Assembly (NCBI GenBank): GCA_964016885.1
Contig: OZ024750.1
Location: forward strand, 33,418,001 to 33,482,000
Length of the DNA stretch: 64,000 bases
Source of the DNA: Eledone cirrhosa
Lineage: Eukaryota
Direction: 5' to 3'
Shown here: positions 1 to 14,527 of the stretch, piece after piece
How positions within the stretch are numbered: the first letter of the stretch is position 1
Layout: each line of letters begins with the position of its first letter
Program-made: the position numbers and the translations under genes
Notes under the pieces: generated by a model
Seen by the model: only the letters and a program-made list of their open reading frames with translations
The model's database searches: none
Told to the model about the DNA's origin: nothing

Positions 1-14
1 GCAATAGCTGAGGG

Positions 15-140
15 TTTAACTCTGCGATGGAGTGGCGTCCAGTCGGGGCTGGGGTTGAGTCTTGTCCTGTCAGTCGCTTCACGCCACGGAAACCATGATA
101 AGCACCGGCCTGTGAGCCTCCTGGCTCGGGACAGCCTTTA
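15..140 (+). mobile_element. 3' part of a SINE with a Meta-domain-like core
   Basis: ctgcgatggagtggcgtccagtc...gtcgcttcacgccacggaaacc...gataagcaccggcc resembles the conserved central domain of widespread metazoan tRNA SINEs (recalled consensus, not searched). Confidence 0.45.
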
Positions 141-602
141 AATTTTATTACCCGTCTTTCTCGAGAGCAATCATTTTAAAAGTAAGGAAAAGGGTGTGGG
201 CAAAAGGTTCTAAAGATCATCGTTAGTAAATTAACGTAAAACTGCTCTACCTTACAAGAAGCTTAAATCAACCTACCACTGAGAATATACAGAACAGACA
301 CACGGATATCAACCCTGCTTCATTCTGTTGGATTTAAACAAAGTGACTTAGTTTGCTATGTGTTGTTCTTGCAAATTCTAAAATTTTAAGGTTGTTTGAT
401 AGACATCCGTTATTATATAACACATTAAACTTTTAATAATTCTTTCTAACTTTGATACAAGACCAGTCCATTATATCGACCCAAATACCTACCGGGATTT
501 TATTTCATTGACACCCCTGAATGATGAAAGGCAATGTTGACCTCGACGTAGAAAGTCATTTTATCGGACGCTATGCCGACACTTCCCAATTCACTGCCCT
601 CG

Positions 603-735
603 TGATAATTGTTTCTACTTTAGGCACAAGCAAGGCCAGCAATTACCCAGTGCATTACTGGTACTTTATTTGATTGACCTCGTAAGGATGAAAGGCTAAG
701 TCAACCTCGGTGGGATTTGAACTCAGATCGTAAAG
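603..735 (-). mobile_element. tRNA-derived SINE family A (Deu/Nin-like core), partial
   Basis: Reverse complement of the B-box gagttcaaatcc and core ttgcctttcatcc..ggtcgataaa..aagtaccag shared by many copies in the window. Confidence 0.8.
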
Positions 736-944
736 GGATCATGATAATGTCAACAAATCAGAACCTATAACTAAAGAACAAATATTTGGCACAAGATTAA
801 AATATTTTATTAAATCTACGAACGTTTATAAAACACATGTTTTATAAACTTTGCTCCTTTCTCCTGATATTTACGTCCAGAGTTCTACTCGTATGTATTT
901 ATGTATATATAAAAGGATATAAAGGATGAAGATCCTATAATCCC

Positions 945-1145
945 TTGTGGAGTGGTAGAGGCACCGTCTACGGCGTGTCTAGGACACTTTTTAAACCTGG
1001 CGGAGCCCAACCCTCTCCAGGTATGAAGACAGCCGATTTTTTTCTATGGAGGAAGAATTGAACCCAGTAATGGACTGGTACTTTATTTATCGACCTCGAA
1101 AGGATGAAAGGCAAAACTGACCGCGGTGAGATTAGAACTCAGAGA
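945..1145 (-). mobile_element. SINE family A, long-tail subfamily
   Basis: Family A core plus a 3' segment shared with 8530-8635, 42075-42203 and 44991-45120. Confidence 0.6.
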
Positions 1146-1280
1146 GCCCGCCGTTATCTGACCGAAAATAAACCAATGAACAAATATGGATGAATATCAC
1201 TATGATAGAATGTGTGCTAACTTATAAAAAGGATTTCGAACATTATTCATACACTGTCAGACGCGAGCCTGCATATTAAA

Positions 1281-1372
1281 ACATACCTGAGGCGCTTCCG
1301 ATTCCAGAGTCAGGTTCGATCATTAATAGATCGTTCCTCGAGCTGATAGACAGTGAAACATGGGTAATATGT
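1281..1372 (+). ncRNA. Degenerate type-I hammerhead-like motif
   Basis: ACATAC-CTGAGGC-GCT...AGT-GAAAC-ATGG-GTA-ATATGT; core A9 changed to C; the helix II loop resembles the motif at 21684-21771. Confidence 0.35.
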
Positions 1373-1541
1373 AAAAAAATAGGTATATGATGTAACACTG
1401 AATCTTTGTTCCTTTATATATTAATACTATTGATACTCTGCTCCCCAAGAGCATCGAGTGTTCACACGGCATACCACATACGGACGCAATTAACTTGCAC
1501 CTTAACACCTATATATATATATATATATATATATACATGCA

Positions 1542-1647
<106 letters not shown>

Positions 1648-2514
1648 CACGCACACACATATATATATGATGACATACATACATGTTTTTGCTATTTTAT
1701 AAGATATTTTAATTCATCTAGAAACACTTGTGGAATCTCCCATCCCCTTTTATTTGATTATTTTGTAATTGTCAATTCCTAATACATGTATTGATTATTG
1801 AATATTTTGCTGCAGAGTTTTGACCACAAATATCTCTGTAATAAAAGAAACTCATCCTCTATTCTGTTTATATTTAAAATTTACATTCCTCTATCAAACA
1901 TGTTGTCGTATGTTTGTCCGTCATCATATTGTCGTTAAATGTCAAAACCAGATTAACAGACAGCAGTATCTAGTTTTAGCTCACCTTATAAAATAATGTG
2001 GAAGCATCCATTTATAATTTCTCGTTTGATGGTATTTTGTATAGAAAGCAATAAAACGATAAAATATAGAGATTAATAAATATAGTAAAATATATTCTTT
2101 TAAATCTCTTAAATGAGATATAAAATTTAGCAACATAATAGCTAAACATGTTGTTAAAAACATGAATAATTAAAATACCAGACATAATATATCGATTTCA
2201 AAACTGCATGTCCCTATGACAACATTATGCTCCATCACTAAATAAATATTCAATTTAGAACGCCGTTTATTTAGTCAATGTTATACAAGCATACAATTAT
2301 AAAGATGTGGGAATTACTTTAACGCCAATATTTCAATATGTAAACTGAAATAATTCAAATATATAAAGTTTGTAGATATAGATTATACGCATGTAGATGC
2401 GGTTATTCATTCGTATACATTTGTTTATATTCAATAAAATTAAATTACTCGTATATTTATAAAATTCATTCATAAACGTTGTTTCAAAATCTCATAAATA
2501 TTATTCGGTTTTCA

Positions 2515-3090
2515 ATAATGGTTTTTGATTTAGCACAAGGCCAGCAATTTGGGGGGGAGGGGAAAGTCGAGTAAATCGATCCCAGTGCGCAACTGGTAAT
2601 TTATTTTATCGACCCCTTAAAGATGAAAAACAAAACCTAACCCCGGTGTGATTTGAACTCGGTACATCAAGGGCCGTAACTCTATGCCGCAAACCATGTT
2701 ATCCGACGCTGTACTGATTCTACCAATTCACTGATCACTTTTGTTCTTAATACTAATATCAACACTCTAGGGGACCTCATTATACGAACATTCCTGAACA
2801 CTGCAGCCTTCTGGGTTTGTAACGATATTGATAAAATGTAGTACATCTTCTTAATTTTAAAAATAATTAAAGGGCAGTGGATTAACAGTATCGGTAAGCG
2901 TCAAACACCATGCATTGCAGCATAAAGTTACGGCCCTTTATGGTATGAGTTCAAATCCGGTCGAGGTTAATTTTGCCTTTCATCCTTATGGGGTCGATAA
3001 AATAAAGCACCAGTAACGTACCGGGGTCAATTTAATCGACTTTCCCCTCCCCCGAAATTACTGGCCTTGTGCCTATGCTAGAAATCTATA
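2515..3090. mobile_element. Two SINE family A copies in opposite orientation (2515-2730 minus, 2871-3090 plus)
   Basis: Full head-core-tail consensus including the ggggtcgatttaatcgac..cccctcccc insert. Confidence 0.8.
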
Positions 3091-3099
3091 TTAAAAAGA

Positions 3100-3565
3100 A
3101 TTACTGGATATTGAAATACAGAGCATAGAGTTAGATTCGCATGATATTGCTGGAGAGCTTAAAGACGAAATTGTTAGTGAATTTCTTTCGCAGGAGGTTA
3201 CAGAAGGAAGAGCCAGAGGAGGACAACAAGCCAAGACCTATATTAAGTAGATTTGTGATGACATAAACTACAATCCTTCTGATCTACTGAATATGATGAT
3301 CAATAGAATTGGATGGTGACAGAGAGTCAATGGTTTCCGTGCAGGTAGTGTGAACTAGCAGATTTGTGACGACATAAACTGCAATCTCTCTTTTGTGGAA
3401 ACTTACACAAGGAAGAGTTAGCAGAGGATTACAAAGCAAGACCTATATCAAGCAGATTTGTGACAACATAAATTGCAATCGTTCTGACCTGCCTAATATC
3501 ATGAAATTAGAATTGGATGGTGACAGAGATTCACAGGAGTCCATGCAAACAGCGCTATTGATTGA
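3100..3565 (+). mobile_element. Degenerate, internally duplicated RTE-type LINE 3' end
   Basis: Translates with stops to GRARGGQQAKTYIK.ICDDI...MINRIGW, and the block occurs twice; typical RTE C-terminal GR..TY..I..D..R..W pattern. Confidence 0.55.
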
Positions 3566-4440
3566 TTAAAATACAAAATATTTACCAGTATCCAAGCTTC
3601 AAGCATTCTACACTAGAAATTGCTCGACAAATTACAGCTTTTCAAAAACACCCTGAATTAAATACACACAAGCAACAAAAATCTGTTTAAATATTCATAA
3701 AACATTCGTTTGCTATCAGTGCCATATAAGGATATACTTCAACGTAAGGTTCAGTGCTTTATATATTCCAGTAGGTGTGTCTCATGTGTATATTACTATA
3801 ATTAGTTGTTAGTGAAAACATGATTTTACATTTCACAGTTGGTTTAGCTGGATATTGCTTTTATATTAACGAATTACGTTCTCATAATTTCAAACCACTT
3901 CAAACTGCCACATGCAAACTCAGGGAAAAAATTAACAGAGAGAATTTATGAATTTATATATTTTTTTAACTGACTTGAAATAAATCATCTTACACACGCA
4001 CGCACGCACGCACACATACACACACCTACACACACGCACACACATACACACACACACATACGCACATACACACACACACGCACATATATATAGTAGAGAA
4101 TTTAGATCGCTTTAATGTCAGAAGCACAAAAACCATGGCAATATATTTACATTTGTGTGTGTCATATATATATCTATATATATGTGTGTGTGTGTACCCA
4201 CATATATATGAAATATAATGTAATTCATGTCTTTTGCGCAAACATAAAATATTAGCCTCCGTGAGGATAGTAAGCTAAGAGGTTAAACAACAGGGTTTCA
4301 TCACTCCAGAGACAATCCATGTTGGGTTGGTCTGACTAATTTCTTGTTTAGAACTTCTGCGTTAATGATAAATTATAGAAACTGGGCCACAGCTATATAG
4401 CTCATCTAACGTATCAGCCGCTCCGGAAATCAGATATATG

Positions 4441-4482
<42 letters not shown>

Positions 4483-4833
4483 TGTGTGTGTGTGTGTAAA
4501 ATAATAAAAAAAGAAAAAAACAGTAGAAACTACTAAAGGGATTTTCTCTCAGAATAACATCAAAACATTTATTTACAAAATAGGGATTTCCGCATTTAAT
4601 TGTACCGGTTTCAGCTTATATGCTTTTTCAACGACGGAAGTGTATAATGTAGTTAAATTGCATATTAATAAGAATAATAAGAATATGGAGGAAAAACTTA
4701 GTTTTTTCATACATATATATATATATATACATACATACATATGTATACATACATACACATATACATATATATATATATACATATATATATATACATACAT
4801 ACATACATATGTATACATACATACACATATACA

Positions 4834-4869
<36 letters not shown>

Positions 4870-4888
4870 CATACATACATATATATAT

Positions 4889-4959
<71 letters not shown>

Positions 4960-4963
<4 letters not shown>

Positions 4964-5447
4964 GTATATGATATCGTACATGTCGACATTTGGAACCTAA
5001 AAATATATCTCCAAAACCAGGGGTTGACTTGTCCGCCGAATATAAAATGTGAACCTTTACCACCGAGGAGTAAACAGTGAAATTGTCTTCCTAACACTCA
5101 TTGTACACCACTTACCATAACCCTAGCAGCCCACCACAATTATTTCCTACTGAATCTCATATTTGTTAAGACTATGCCGTAGCTCATAGGGTAGATTACC
5201 GTAGGGTAGGTTACCATAGGTTCGTTAAGGTTAGGCTGGTTTACTCACTGAGTTAGAACTCACTTGTGACTGAAGTGTTATAGTAGCTTTAGCGTGCCAC
5301 TAAATGTTTTTAATTATTTCCCTTGCAACTGTCTTATTATTTGGGGTCACCTCATTCGGCGAATATAAGCCTAAACCTGAAATACACCACAGAATTTTAT
5401 TGGTCGACTTATGCGCCGGATCGACTTGTACGCCGACAGATATGGTA
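4960..5447. mobile_element. Mariner/pogo-type MITE
   Basis: Ends TACCGTATAT...gtcgac and cgacttgtacgccgacagaTATGGTA match the TACCGTA...CGACTTATA...TACGGTA type of terminal inverted repeat; TA at both ends. Confidence 0.55.
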
Positions 5448-6764
5448 GGTCCTTAAAAGTGGCATCGTTGCTGCCCGTTTTCCTCTACCTGAACCATTAC
5501 ATAGTGGAAATATAGATTACTGTTTGCTCTGAAGCAACGGTTCTGTCTCGGTATTCATGTTTTTTTTTCCGACGTGTGTATATATCTAAGTTATAAAATA
5601 ACAAATGTAATATAGAAAGTTAATATTATACTACAAAAAAGTTATATTTGTTTAAATGCACTCATGTCTGTTAAAGTAAGATAATAATAATAATAAAAAA
5701 ATAGCGAGAAAAACATGATTTTTTTTCTTTTATTTCACCGCTATCCATTAACATTTTAGTATAGGTTTGGTCAATTAAGTATATGTTAAATTGAAAATAA
5801 TGATTTTAAAATGATGATTTAAAAAAAACACTTAAGTGTTTAGAAAATTGTAATTCATTACAAATAATTTTAAATGTATTTTTGATGACTTAAACATTAA
5901 ATCTACCGTATAATAGGAAGTTGAGTGAAACCTGACGATTGCAGATGAATTTTTACTAAATACATTTCTTTGGATTAAAATATAATCATGAGCATTGATT
6001 TAACTAATTTCAAGTGAAAACAAAAGAATGATTGTCTATTTGGAGTGTTTCGGTTAATTCTTTGGGGGTATTACTTTTCATTCTCTCCGTATATTGATAA
6101 CGTGTACGGGAGAAGAGAGCTGGTGTATACAGTTACACAAAAGACACACCTCTCTCTAATCTCAGTTAGTAATTCCCAGTGATAGCTGACTAATTTATCT
6201 GTTCACCTTAAGGGAAATATTCCACATTTCTTTACCATCCGTCATGTTAAGATATTTACTATTGTTTAACTTTCCATACGCTTAAGAAAATGTGTTTAAC
6301 AATAAAGAATGGTGGTTATTCATAGGAGAGACGTTTATAATTTGATTCTTACATATAGATTGTAAAAATCAATATTGATTTTTTTAAATAATTTACTTAA
6401 GCTATAGATAGTAACTAATGGACGAAAAGATAATGCTATAGCGATTGAAAGCAAAATACTCTTTCATATCACGTATAAAAAGTGCCAAAATTACTGAATA
6501 TATTTTCTAATACTCTGCAAAGAATAGTTATTTCCAGAAATATTGATAAAGGCAATTTTAGAAAATTCGTATTTTCAAAAACTTATTAAACTTTATCTGA
6601 GATTTATCTGCAGTATTTTCAATGGAACTTATTTATAATTAAAAGAAATAGGTGAATTTATTGTATACCTGATTGTTGTTTGAGAAGCCAAAAATTCATA
6701 CTACATTACTAAAGATGTGATGTATTCACCACTATCGTATAGATATCCAACTACCATATAGTTA

Positions 6765-7150
6765 TCCGACTTGACGAGGGGACGACAAAAGGCCAGACGG
6801 CATGACCATCTTCCCGTTCCGCAGTGGGATGACACATGCAGCGACACATTCTCCAGCGGCAACCTGGTGCAAAAAGTGAGTAACCCAGGATCTGTTGTAA
6901 TTCGAGCCGGGGAGAGTAAACTCTCTAAATATCGGTCGACCTCCCACAGGCTTGTAGTCGAGCCCATGGCAGTGGAGATTTCTGGTGTCCTTGGCCCTAG
7001 GACCACCTTCCTGCTCACCGCCATCGGCAGAGAGATAGCTAGCTGCAGGTGTGAGCTTCGCGAACTGGAATGACTCTTCCAACGCGTTCGCTTCACCATC
7101 CTCCGGGGAAACACCTTCTCTATTCTGTCCGCCGGAGCCACGGGGCAGCC
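6765..7150 (+). mobile_element. CRE-like non-LTR retrotransposon, C-terminal restriction-like endonuclease fragment (frameshifted)
   Basis: GDDKRPDGMTIFPFRSG, then WDDTCSDTF...KLSKY...EPMAVEISGVLG...LFQRV..ILRGN; GC-rich island. Confidence 0.75.
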
Positions 7151-8287
7151 AGCTCGTGGGCGCCCATTTGTTCATAATAGTGAGAGATGGGGAGAACGGA
7201 GGTAGTGATAGTGGAAGTTTGGTTCTCTTGTGATCGACCCTGGTGTATATATGTTTCCGACTATCATTTAGTGGTTGCTCTATCATATAATTATCCAGCT
7301 ATCCTATAACCATCCGTCTATTAAATTATAGTAACAAGGTGTGACTTACCCTGAGGCGATGGTAGAAATTATTTTTCTATGATGCCACAAAAGTAAATCG
7401 ATCTTCCGTACTGTTCAGCTATGCCTGTACATAGCTCAAACATAGCAATCAGTCAAAGCTTGAAACGATTATGAAAAGCTTGAAAATGATTATGAAAATC
7501 TTGTATAAAATGATGATTTCATGACATTTTATGAAAATTTCTCACAACGATGAAATGAAAAATTAATAGGATTATGTGTTCATATGTGAGACAAATAACA
7601 AAAAACATTGCAATAAATAATATATTAGCAAAAGGGATTTACAATATAAAAAAACATATAGTTCAATTTCTATAGAACTACCAATAAAGAATTCACAAAA
7701 TATTCAATGAATATGTTTAAATTTGATGAATTCTGTTTCTGAGAAAAAGGAATGTTTATTAATATGTTTCAATTGTAGCCATCATATAAATAATTTGTTT
7801 AATAAATAGAGTGACAAGAAAATAAGGAATTATTTCCATAGAAAATCAAATTGAAATATATTTTCACTTATACAGATGATATAATTAAGATATCTATTTA
7901 ACACACTTTGAAATAACAGTAAGAACAACTTTTCAATGGAATAATTGAATGCTTACATTTATTTCTAAATATCAATAGATCAGATTAAAAACAGAATTTT
8001 ATATATGAATGTTATCATTTAAGAAATATTTGCCAATTAGACATATATAAAATTCCCTGAACTATGAGTAATACAGCTAGCATAGTTATATTGAGAATTG
8101 TTAAGATTGTTATAACTACGAACTACAAGCCCAACATGGCATATATCTTGAAAACTAAACATAGAATTGCACGAAGCTACTGAAAATGACATAACGAATA
8201 TATCTGAAACAATTATAAAGATCTATTTAAAATATAAGTATCAGTTACATCGGATTAAAATTGCCTCGATATGTATTTTTCTGGTTC

Positions 8288-9057
8288 ACTCAGCCCCGAG
8301 TTCAAATCCTGCTGAAAGCAACTTTCATCGTTTCGAAGTCGATCAATTAATTACCAGTCCAGTAATAAAGTCAATTCTCTCACCCATTCTCACTCTCTCT
8401 CTTTCATTCTCTCCCTCTCCTTCTCTCTGTTACTCTTTACTCCGCTCTCCTTCTCTTTCCCACTCTCCTCCTCCTCACACACATACTCTCTCTCTCTCTC
8501 TCTCTCCCTCTCTTTCTTTGCCTTTCTCTGGAAGAAATTTATGTGATTTGATTTGCAGAGAGCGACTGAAAATATTGAAGCCATGTCGTGTCTCATGGCG
8601 GCGTCCCTACGACTCCATCAGAAGTTAAGAACCCTCTATTTTTTACCATTAATATAGTAGTATAACATATAATAATTGTTTTTACTTTTTGCATAAGGCC
8701 AGCAATTATCCCAGTGCATTACTGGTACTTCATTTTATCGACCCCGTAAGGATGAAAGGCAAAGTTAACCTTGGCAGGATTTGAACTCAGACCTTAAAGA
8801 GCCGTAACTCTATGCTGCAAAGCATGGCGTCCAACCTTCTACCGAGACTGCCAATCCACCGCCCTATGTATAACACAATAATTGTTTCTACTTTTGGCAC
8901 AATGGCAGCAATTACCCATTACATTACTGGTACTTCATCTTACCGACCCCGTAAGGATGAAAGGCAAAGTTAACCTCGACGGGATTTGAACTCAGAGCGT
9001 AAAGGGCCGTAACTATGATGGAAAGCATGGCGCCCAACCTTCCATCGATACTGCCAA
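8288..9057. mobile_element. SINE family A cluster (8288-8635 plus, long tail; 8672-8864 and 8878-9057 minus, tandem)
   Basis: Matches to the family consensus. Confidence 0.8.
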
Positions 9058-9094
9058 ATGAAGGAATATAATAGAAATTCAAACCCGCAATAGC

Positions 9095-9363
9095 ATGGAC
9101 TCCAGAAATAGCGTCGAAACGGCTTGAGCTCTGCCGTCGGGGTCAAACATTTTCCTATATATATATATATATATAACGAAGGAAATGTGGTAAGGAACCA
9201 GGTGAACCATAACGCACCAAAGTACTCAATACTTAGGGTAGTAGAGTGGGTAATAGGAACAAGTAGGACCCCGACGGCTGAGCTCAAGCCGTTTCGACGG
9301 CTAATTCTGGACTAAATTAGCCGTCGAAACGGCTTGAGCTCAGCCGTCGAGGTCCTACTTGTT

Positions 9364-9366
<3 letters not shown>
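9095..9366. mobile_element. (TA)n-anchored fold-back element family P with a half-hammerhead (full arm 9175-9313, inverted partial arms on both sides)
   Basis: ~140-bp unit acgaaggaaatgtggtaagg...gaccccgacggctgagctcaagccgtttcgacggctaattctggac recurs at 7 loci; the opposite strand reads GAAACGGCT-TGAGCTC-AGCCGTC-GGGGTC. Confidence 0.75.
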
Positions 9367-9427
<61 letters not shown>

Positions 9428-9954
9428 ATTGGATTATGTGACCATTATGTCAAATATAACCTCTAGTTGTTTTGTAGACAGTTATAAGCCATTTTTATCA
9501 CAGACTTGCAAATCATTTTTTCAGCTAATTTGAAGTTTTGTTCAGAAATACCTTCTTCCATAGATCTACATCATTCTTAGTTTTCCATTTTTTTTTTTTC
9601 TTCGAAAATGTTATTAGCTTTCGTGATATGTCAAATTTATTTCCCTTGCAGTCTCTTAATGGTGATGTATAACAGCTTAATCCCTTCAGAATCTTATCAT
9701 GATTCAATCAGAGTCGCACCTTTACTCTCAAGAAATACTCATTTTTTTTCAGAACCACAGTCTCTATTCTTTTTTTTTTGGGGGGGGGGGACTTCTTGTT
9801 TCCATTACTTTCCTTTGAACCCATGAGATATAAGTGAAACGCGAGGAGTTTAATAACGTTTTTTTGTTTCTCGTTCTTGTTATTTTTTTACGATATTCTG
9901 ATCCGTATAAATGTAAATCATTTTCACCATATAAATGTAATTCATTGTCTATAG

Positions 9955-10302
9955 CAGAGATTCTCAAATCTTTCGGGCCCCTGCCCCCTTCACAGCCACG
10001 TAATACCCTCAACGCCCCCCCCCCCCCTCCCACCACCACCAACCATATTTCCAGAAACACGGAAATTCTAAATGATATATAAATAAAATCGTTAATTTAT
10101 ATATAATAAAAAATATAAATATATAAATAAATATATATTTTTTATTTTACTATATTTATATTTAATATGTATCATTTTAATATCATGTTATATCTAATAA
10201 ACTATTATATCATCTCTACACCACCCCCACTTCCCCCCACCCCTACCCTGGACCCTCTCAACGCCCCCTGGAGGACGGTAGTGCCCACTTTGAGAACCTC
10301 TG
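9955..10302. mobile_element. hAT-type MITE
   Basis: Terminal inverted repeats CAGAGATTCTCAAA / TTTGAGAACCTCTG; perfect 8-bp target-site duplication GTCTATAG (9947-9954, 10303-10310). Confidence 0.85.
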
Positions 10303-10829
10303 GTCTATAGGCATGAAGTAACAGTCATCTTTTGTAAATCAATAAGTATCGGTAAAATCATAGCCGCAAGGGAAGTGAAAAGTTGTTTTCTTAAAGTTGA
10401 GTAAAGTACCAGCTTTTATAGAATAGCAGCATACAATAACCTCCCTCTCCACGCCCAATCATGTTTATTTCCTGTATTACTGTTATCGTTTACATGTCTG
10501 AAATTTTCCATCCGCCAGGATATTGCGATATACAATTCATGTCAATCTTATAATTATCTGCCCAAAACACCGAATAAATACGATGATAAAGTACCTTACG
10601 TAACAGCTTACTAACATATCTTACGTCAGAACATATACTGTTCAGTTTCTGTATTGTTAGTGATAATAACACCAATGGCTGCAAGATTCAAGATCAACTA
10701 AAGGTCTCGTCTCTTTTTAAATATTCCAACACTTTGCTTGAAGTAATGAACAGTGTCAGACAGAGTAACGGTTGTCAAACTAGCAGCTACAATCAATAAA
10801 ATACTTGTAGTTGAATATTTAAATATACG

Positions 10830-11175
10830 AGATGAAATGTTGTTAATAAGAGATGAGATGTTAATAAGAGAGGATGTATGTGTTGTTAATGAAAGAAGAG
10901 TTGTTAATAAGGTTCGGGTTGTTGTTAATTAGAGATGGTGTGTTGTTAATAAGAGATGGTGTGCTGTTACGAAGAGTAAATATGTTAATGAAGTACGGTT
11001 ATTGTTAATAAGAGATAATGTGTTGTTAATAAGGCATGATGTCGTGTGAATATGGGGTGGTGTCTTGTCACTAAGATAAAATATGTTAATAAGGTATGGG
11101 TATTGTTAATGTGTAAGAAAATATAGTTAATAAGGCATGGTGTGTTGCTAAGGGATGAGTTGTTAATAATCATCA
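10830..11175. repeat. Degenerate ~21-bp minisatellite (tgtgttgttaataagagatgg)
   Basis: gttgttaataag recurs at ~20-22 bp spacing. Confidence 0.75.
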
Positions 11176-12661
11176 GATGTCAAATTTTAGATGTGTCTAT
11201 AGTAGCAGCTGGTATTTGAACTAGGATCCTATTTTATTTAATTAAGGATAATAATATTCATATCAAGTAGGCTATTACATCGATAAACGAACATTCTAAA
11301 CGTTAAATATCTATAGGATATCTAGTGGATAATAACGTTAGTACTATTAGTTTAGAATAAAAGGTTCTTTGTTCGAATCCAGTCTCATACGCAGCGGATA
11401 TCCAGGAATATAACATCGAATACGGATTGAACATGAGATTAGTTGAAATGTATGAGATTAGTGTGAATATAAATACTGAGCATTCTTACATCTATAAAGT
11501 TGAATTTAATAGTCAAATTAAATTATAATTTTATGTGTTTAGTTCTTTAAATACTGGTTAACATTTAACAGTATCGATCTTACATTCACAATTATGTTTC
11601 TGGTGCCCCTACCATTGTCTAATCTGACTTGTTTATAATCTGGCTGACTTTTAGAATTATTCCTAATCGTCATGAAATATTCTCCAAGTGTAATATTACT
11701 TGTATAAAATATAAGTTCGATGATCCGACAATTTCCATGTATTTCTCTCTCTCCTTTTCAAATTTGGGGTGTACGTGTACTTTTCTGTGAGTTAACGATT
11801 GCTTTTTAGGAGCTATTCAAATATTTTATAAACGGAAAACGATCAATCTTTTCCCTACATTATTTTGGTGCCATTCTACATGTTCTCGTAACAAGAGTAG
11901 ATTCTTTATCTTCACACTTTCAATGAAACTGCCATTTATTATTTGCAAACCTTCATCGAAGTTTTCAATTTTGTGCTACAATTGTTGGTGAAGAAATTTG
12001 TATTAAACTTGTATTATTTATGTTTTGTGTTCGTATCAATAAAATTCAGTAACTTATCTGATTATAACATTGCAAATATATTTATCAATAACGAATCCAA
12101 CTATTTTCATTTGTATAAAATCGTTGCCATAGCTGTATAAGGTGCTATCGTCTGGACTTTAATGATTTATCACTTTTTTTTAATTAACCGTTATGTAAAA
12201 AACATGGTTCCATTGGTTTTCATGTTCATCTAATTTTCCTAACATCACATTTTTTTACATTTCTATTTCCAATCTTATACGTATCGAACACACATAGTAT
12301 TAAAAAGCATCAGTACCAATTCTTTATTTATTTGTTGTTGAGATTCCTCTGGGATTTCTCCTCATCATAGTCACTCCCTCTATTGGTACATCTACTCAAC
12401 TTCACCTTTTTACCATTTACTGGGATTAGAAAGCTGCAGCCTCGAGTCTCTCTACTTCAGAAACACTATCACATATATTTTAGATTTAAATAATGGCTTC
12501 CAAACTTTTCTGCTGAAGTTTTGTTTCGTCTGATATCTCGCCTAGAATACTTCTGTTACATCATATTTGAAGTCAGTCTGTAATTTGGACAGAACACAAA
12601 TTTATTTGCTCATCGATGTGTATACCTCCACCGAGAAGCACACACACATACACACACACAC

Positions 12662-12692
<31 letters not shown>

Positions 12693-12844
12693 GAGAGAGA
12701 GAGGGGGCAGACAGACACACAGTAAGATAGAGAGGAATCCAAACGAGAAATCAATATATTTTGTAAAGCTTTTTTTATTTGTATAGTAATTCGACGATTC
12801 GTGTAATCAATGTAGTTATAAGTGCATCTGAGAGGATATCTGTC

Positions 12845-12916
<72 letters not shown>

Positions 12917-12919
<3 letters not shown>

Positions 12920-13125
12920 AATGAGTAGGACCCCGACGGCTGAGCTCAAGCCGTTTCGACGGCTAATTCTGGACTAAAATGTGATTTTAGTCCAGAATTA
13001 GCCGCCGAAACGGCTTGAGCTCAGCCGTCGGGGTCCTACTCGTTCCTATTACCCACTCTACTACCCTAAATATTGAGTACTTTGGTGCGTTATGGTCCAC
13101 CTGGTTCCTTACCACATTTCCTTCG

Positions 13126-13126
<1 letters not shown>
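12917..13126. mobile_element. Family P fold-back copy (short arm 12917-12978, full arm 12988-13126) between two (TA)n tracts
   Basis: Inverted arms around a tgtga spacer. Confidence 0.8.
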
Positions 13127-13217
<91 letters not shown>

Positions 13218-13274
13218 AGATATAGATATATAGAGATATAGATATATATGCGTGTGTGTGTATGTATGTATATA

Positions 13275-13445
13275 TAAAGGACGTCCGCCCGCACAATTTA
13301 CGTCTAACAAATTTCACTCACAAAGAACGAAGTAGTCAACCAGAAGCTATGGTGAAGTTTACTCGCCCACAGCGCCTCTCTCTAAATTACACACACAAGT
13401 CTGCGGTCATGACCAAAACCTGTGGACAAACCACCACAGCAGAGG
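13275..13445 (-). mobile_element. Degenerate SINE family B (octopus-type tRNA SINE)
   Basis: tttacgtctaacaaatttcactcacaaag...gctatggtgaag...cgcccac resembles 29565-29702 and 48870-48970. Confidence 0.45.
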
Positions 13446-13937
13446 AGACAATAGTGTTGTCTCTTCTGCTGTGGTGGTTATTTATTTGTCTTTTGTTTTT
13501 TTCGTTTGTTTGTATTTTTTTCATGTTCTAGCAGGAATGTTTATATCGGTAGAAAATAATTGAAAACAAAATCCAATAAGTTAAAACCTTTTTTTCTTTT
13601 AGCTTTTTTTCATGCTTAAAAATATTCCATTAAGATAATTGTTAGTTAAATAAGAATAACAAATGTGATGCAATCATACACGTTTTTCCTCTAACTATAA
13701 TCTGTAGTAAAACTATGGCAAATAAGTAAAAGGTTTTAGATTGGTTCAATATGCAATATTTGTTTATTTGTATGCATTTCAAATATTTTCAATTTTCTTG
13801 GTGCATTAAACGAAGATGGAATATATTAAACAAGGATTATTAAGCAAGTTTAAAACCTAAAATATATTTTAGATTTTATCAGTGTTTTCTGTGTGTATGT
13901 GTGTGTGTGTTTTATCATATATTATTGCTTTAAACAA

Positions 13938-14127
13938 GGGCGGTGGATTGGCAGTATCGGTAGAGGGTTTGACGCCATGCTTTCCAGCATAGTTACGACC
14001 CTTTACGATCTGAGTTCAAATCCCGCCGAGGTTGACTTTGCCTTTCATCCTTACGGGGTCGATAAAATAACGTACCAGTAATTCACTGGCTAATTGCTGG
14101 CCTTGTGCCTAAAGTAGAAACAATTAT
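13938..14127 (+). mobile_element. Full-length SINE family A
   Basis: gggcggtggattggcag head to gtagaaacaattatt tail; flanking duplication attattgctttaaacaa. Confidence 0.88.
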
Positions 14128-14332
14128 TGCTTTAAACAAAGTCGTAATGCGCAAAACGTATGTATACCATTGAAATGGAGAACGTAAAAATGTTTTTGTT
14201 TGTAAAGGTATAGATGAAAAATGTCCAGGTGTTGATAGAGATATCGAGTTAATAAATATAATGTTATAAATATAATAATCAACTAACATCGTAGCCGATC
14301 CCACTGCCTTTTACGAAGCGCTGAACAGATAA

Positions 14333-14527
14333 AGTTAATATAAAAAGTGGTGTGCTCATGCGCTGAGATGCTATAAAAAAAATTTATAAAATAGGGTGAA
14401 GACCCTTAAAGACGAAAAAAGAATTTGCCATCGGCCGTGACAAGGAAGCGACCTATGTATCTCTCAAGGCCTTCACACTCCTTTATAGCATCTCCGCGCA
14501 TAAGCATACCACTCTTTATATTAACTA
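14333..14527. repeat. Imperfect inverted repeat (MITE-like or fold-back)
   Basis: agttaatataaaaagtggtgtgctcatgcgctgagatgctataaa / tttatagcatctccgcgcataagcataccactctttatattaact. Confidence 0.65.

Noticed and set aside
6701-7286. Minus-strand ORFs of 146 and 174 aa
   Set aside because: Antisense shadows of the GC-rich CRE-like fragment on the plus strand
11600-12600. Possible ancient LTR/Gypsy-like coding remnant on the minus strand
   Set aside because: Many stops and no motif I can identify with confidence; needs tblastx or an HMM search
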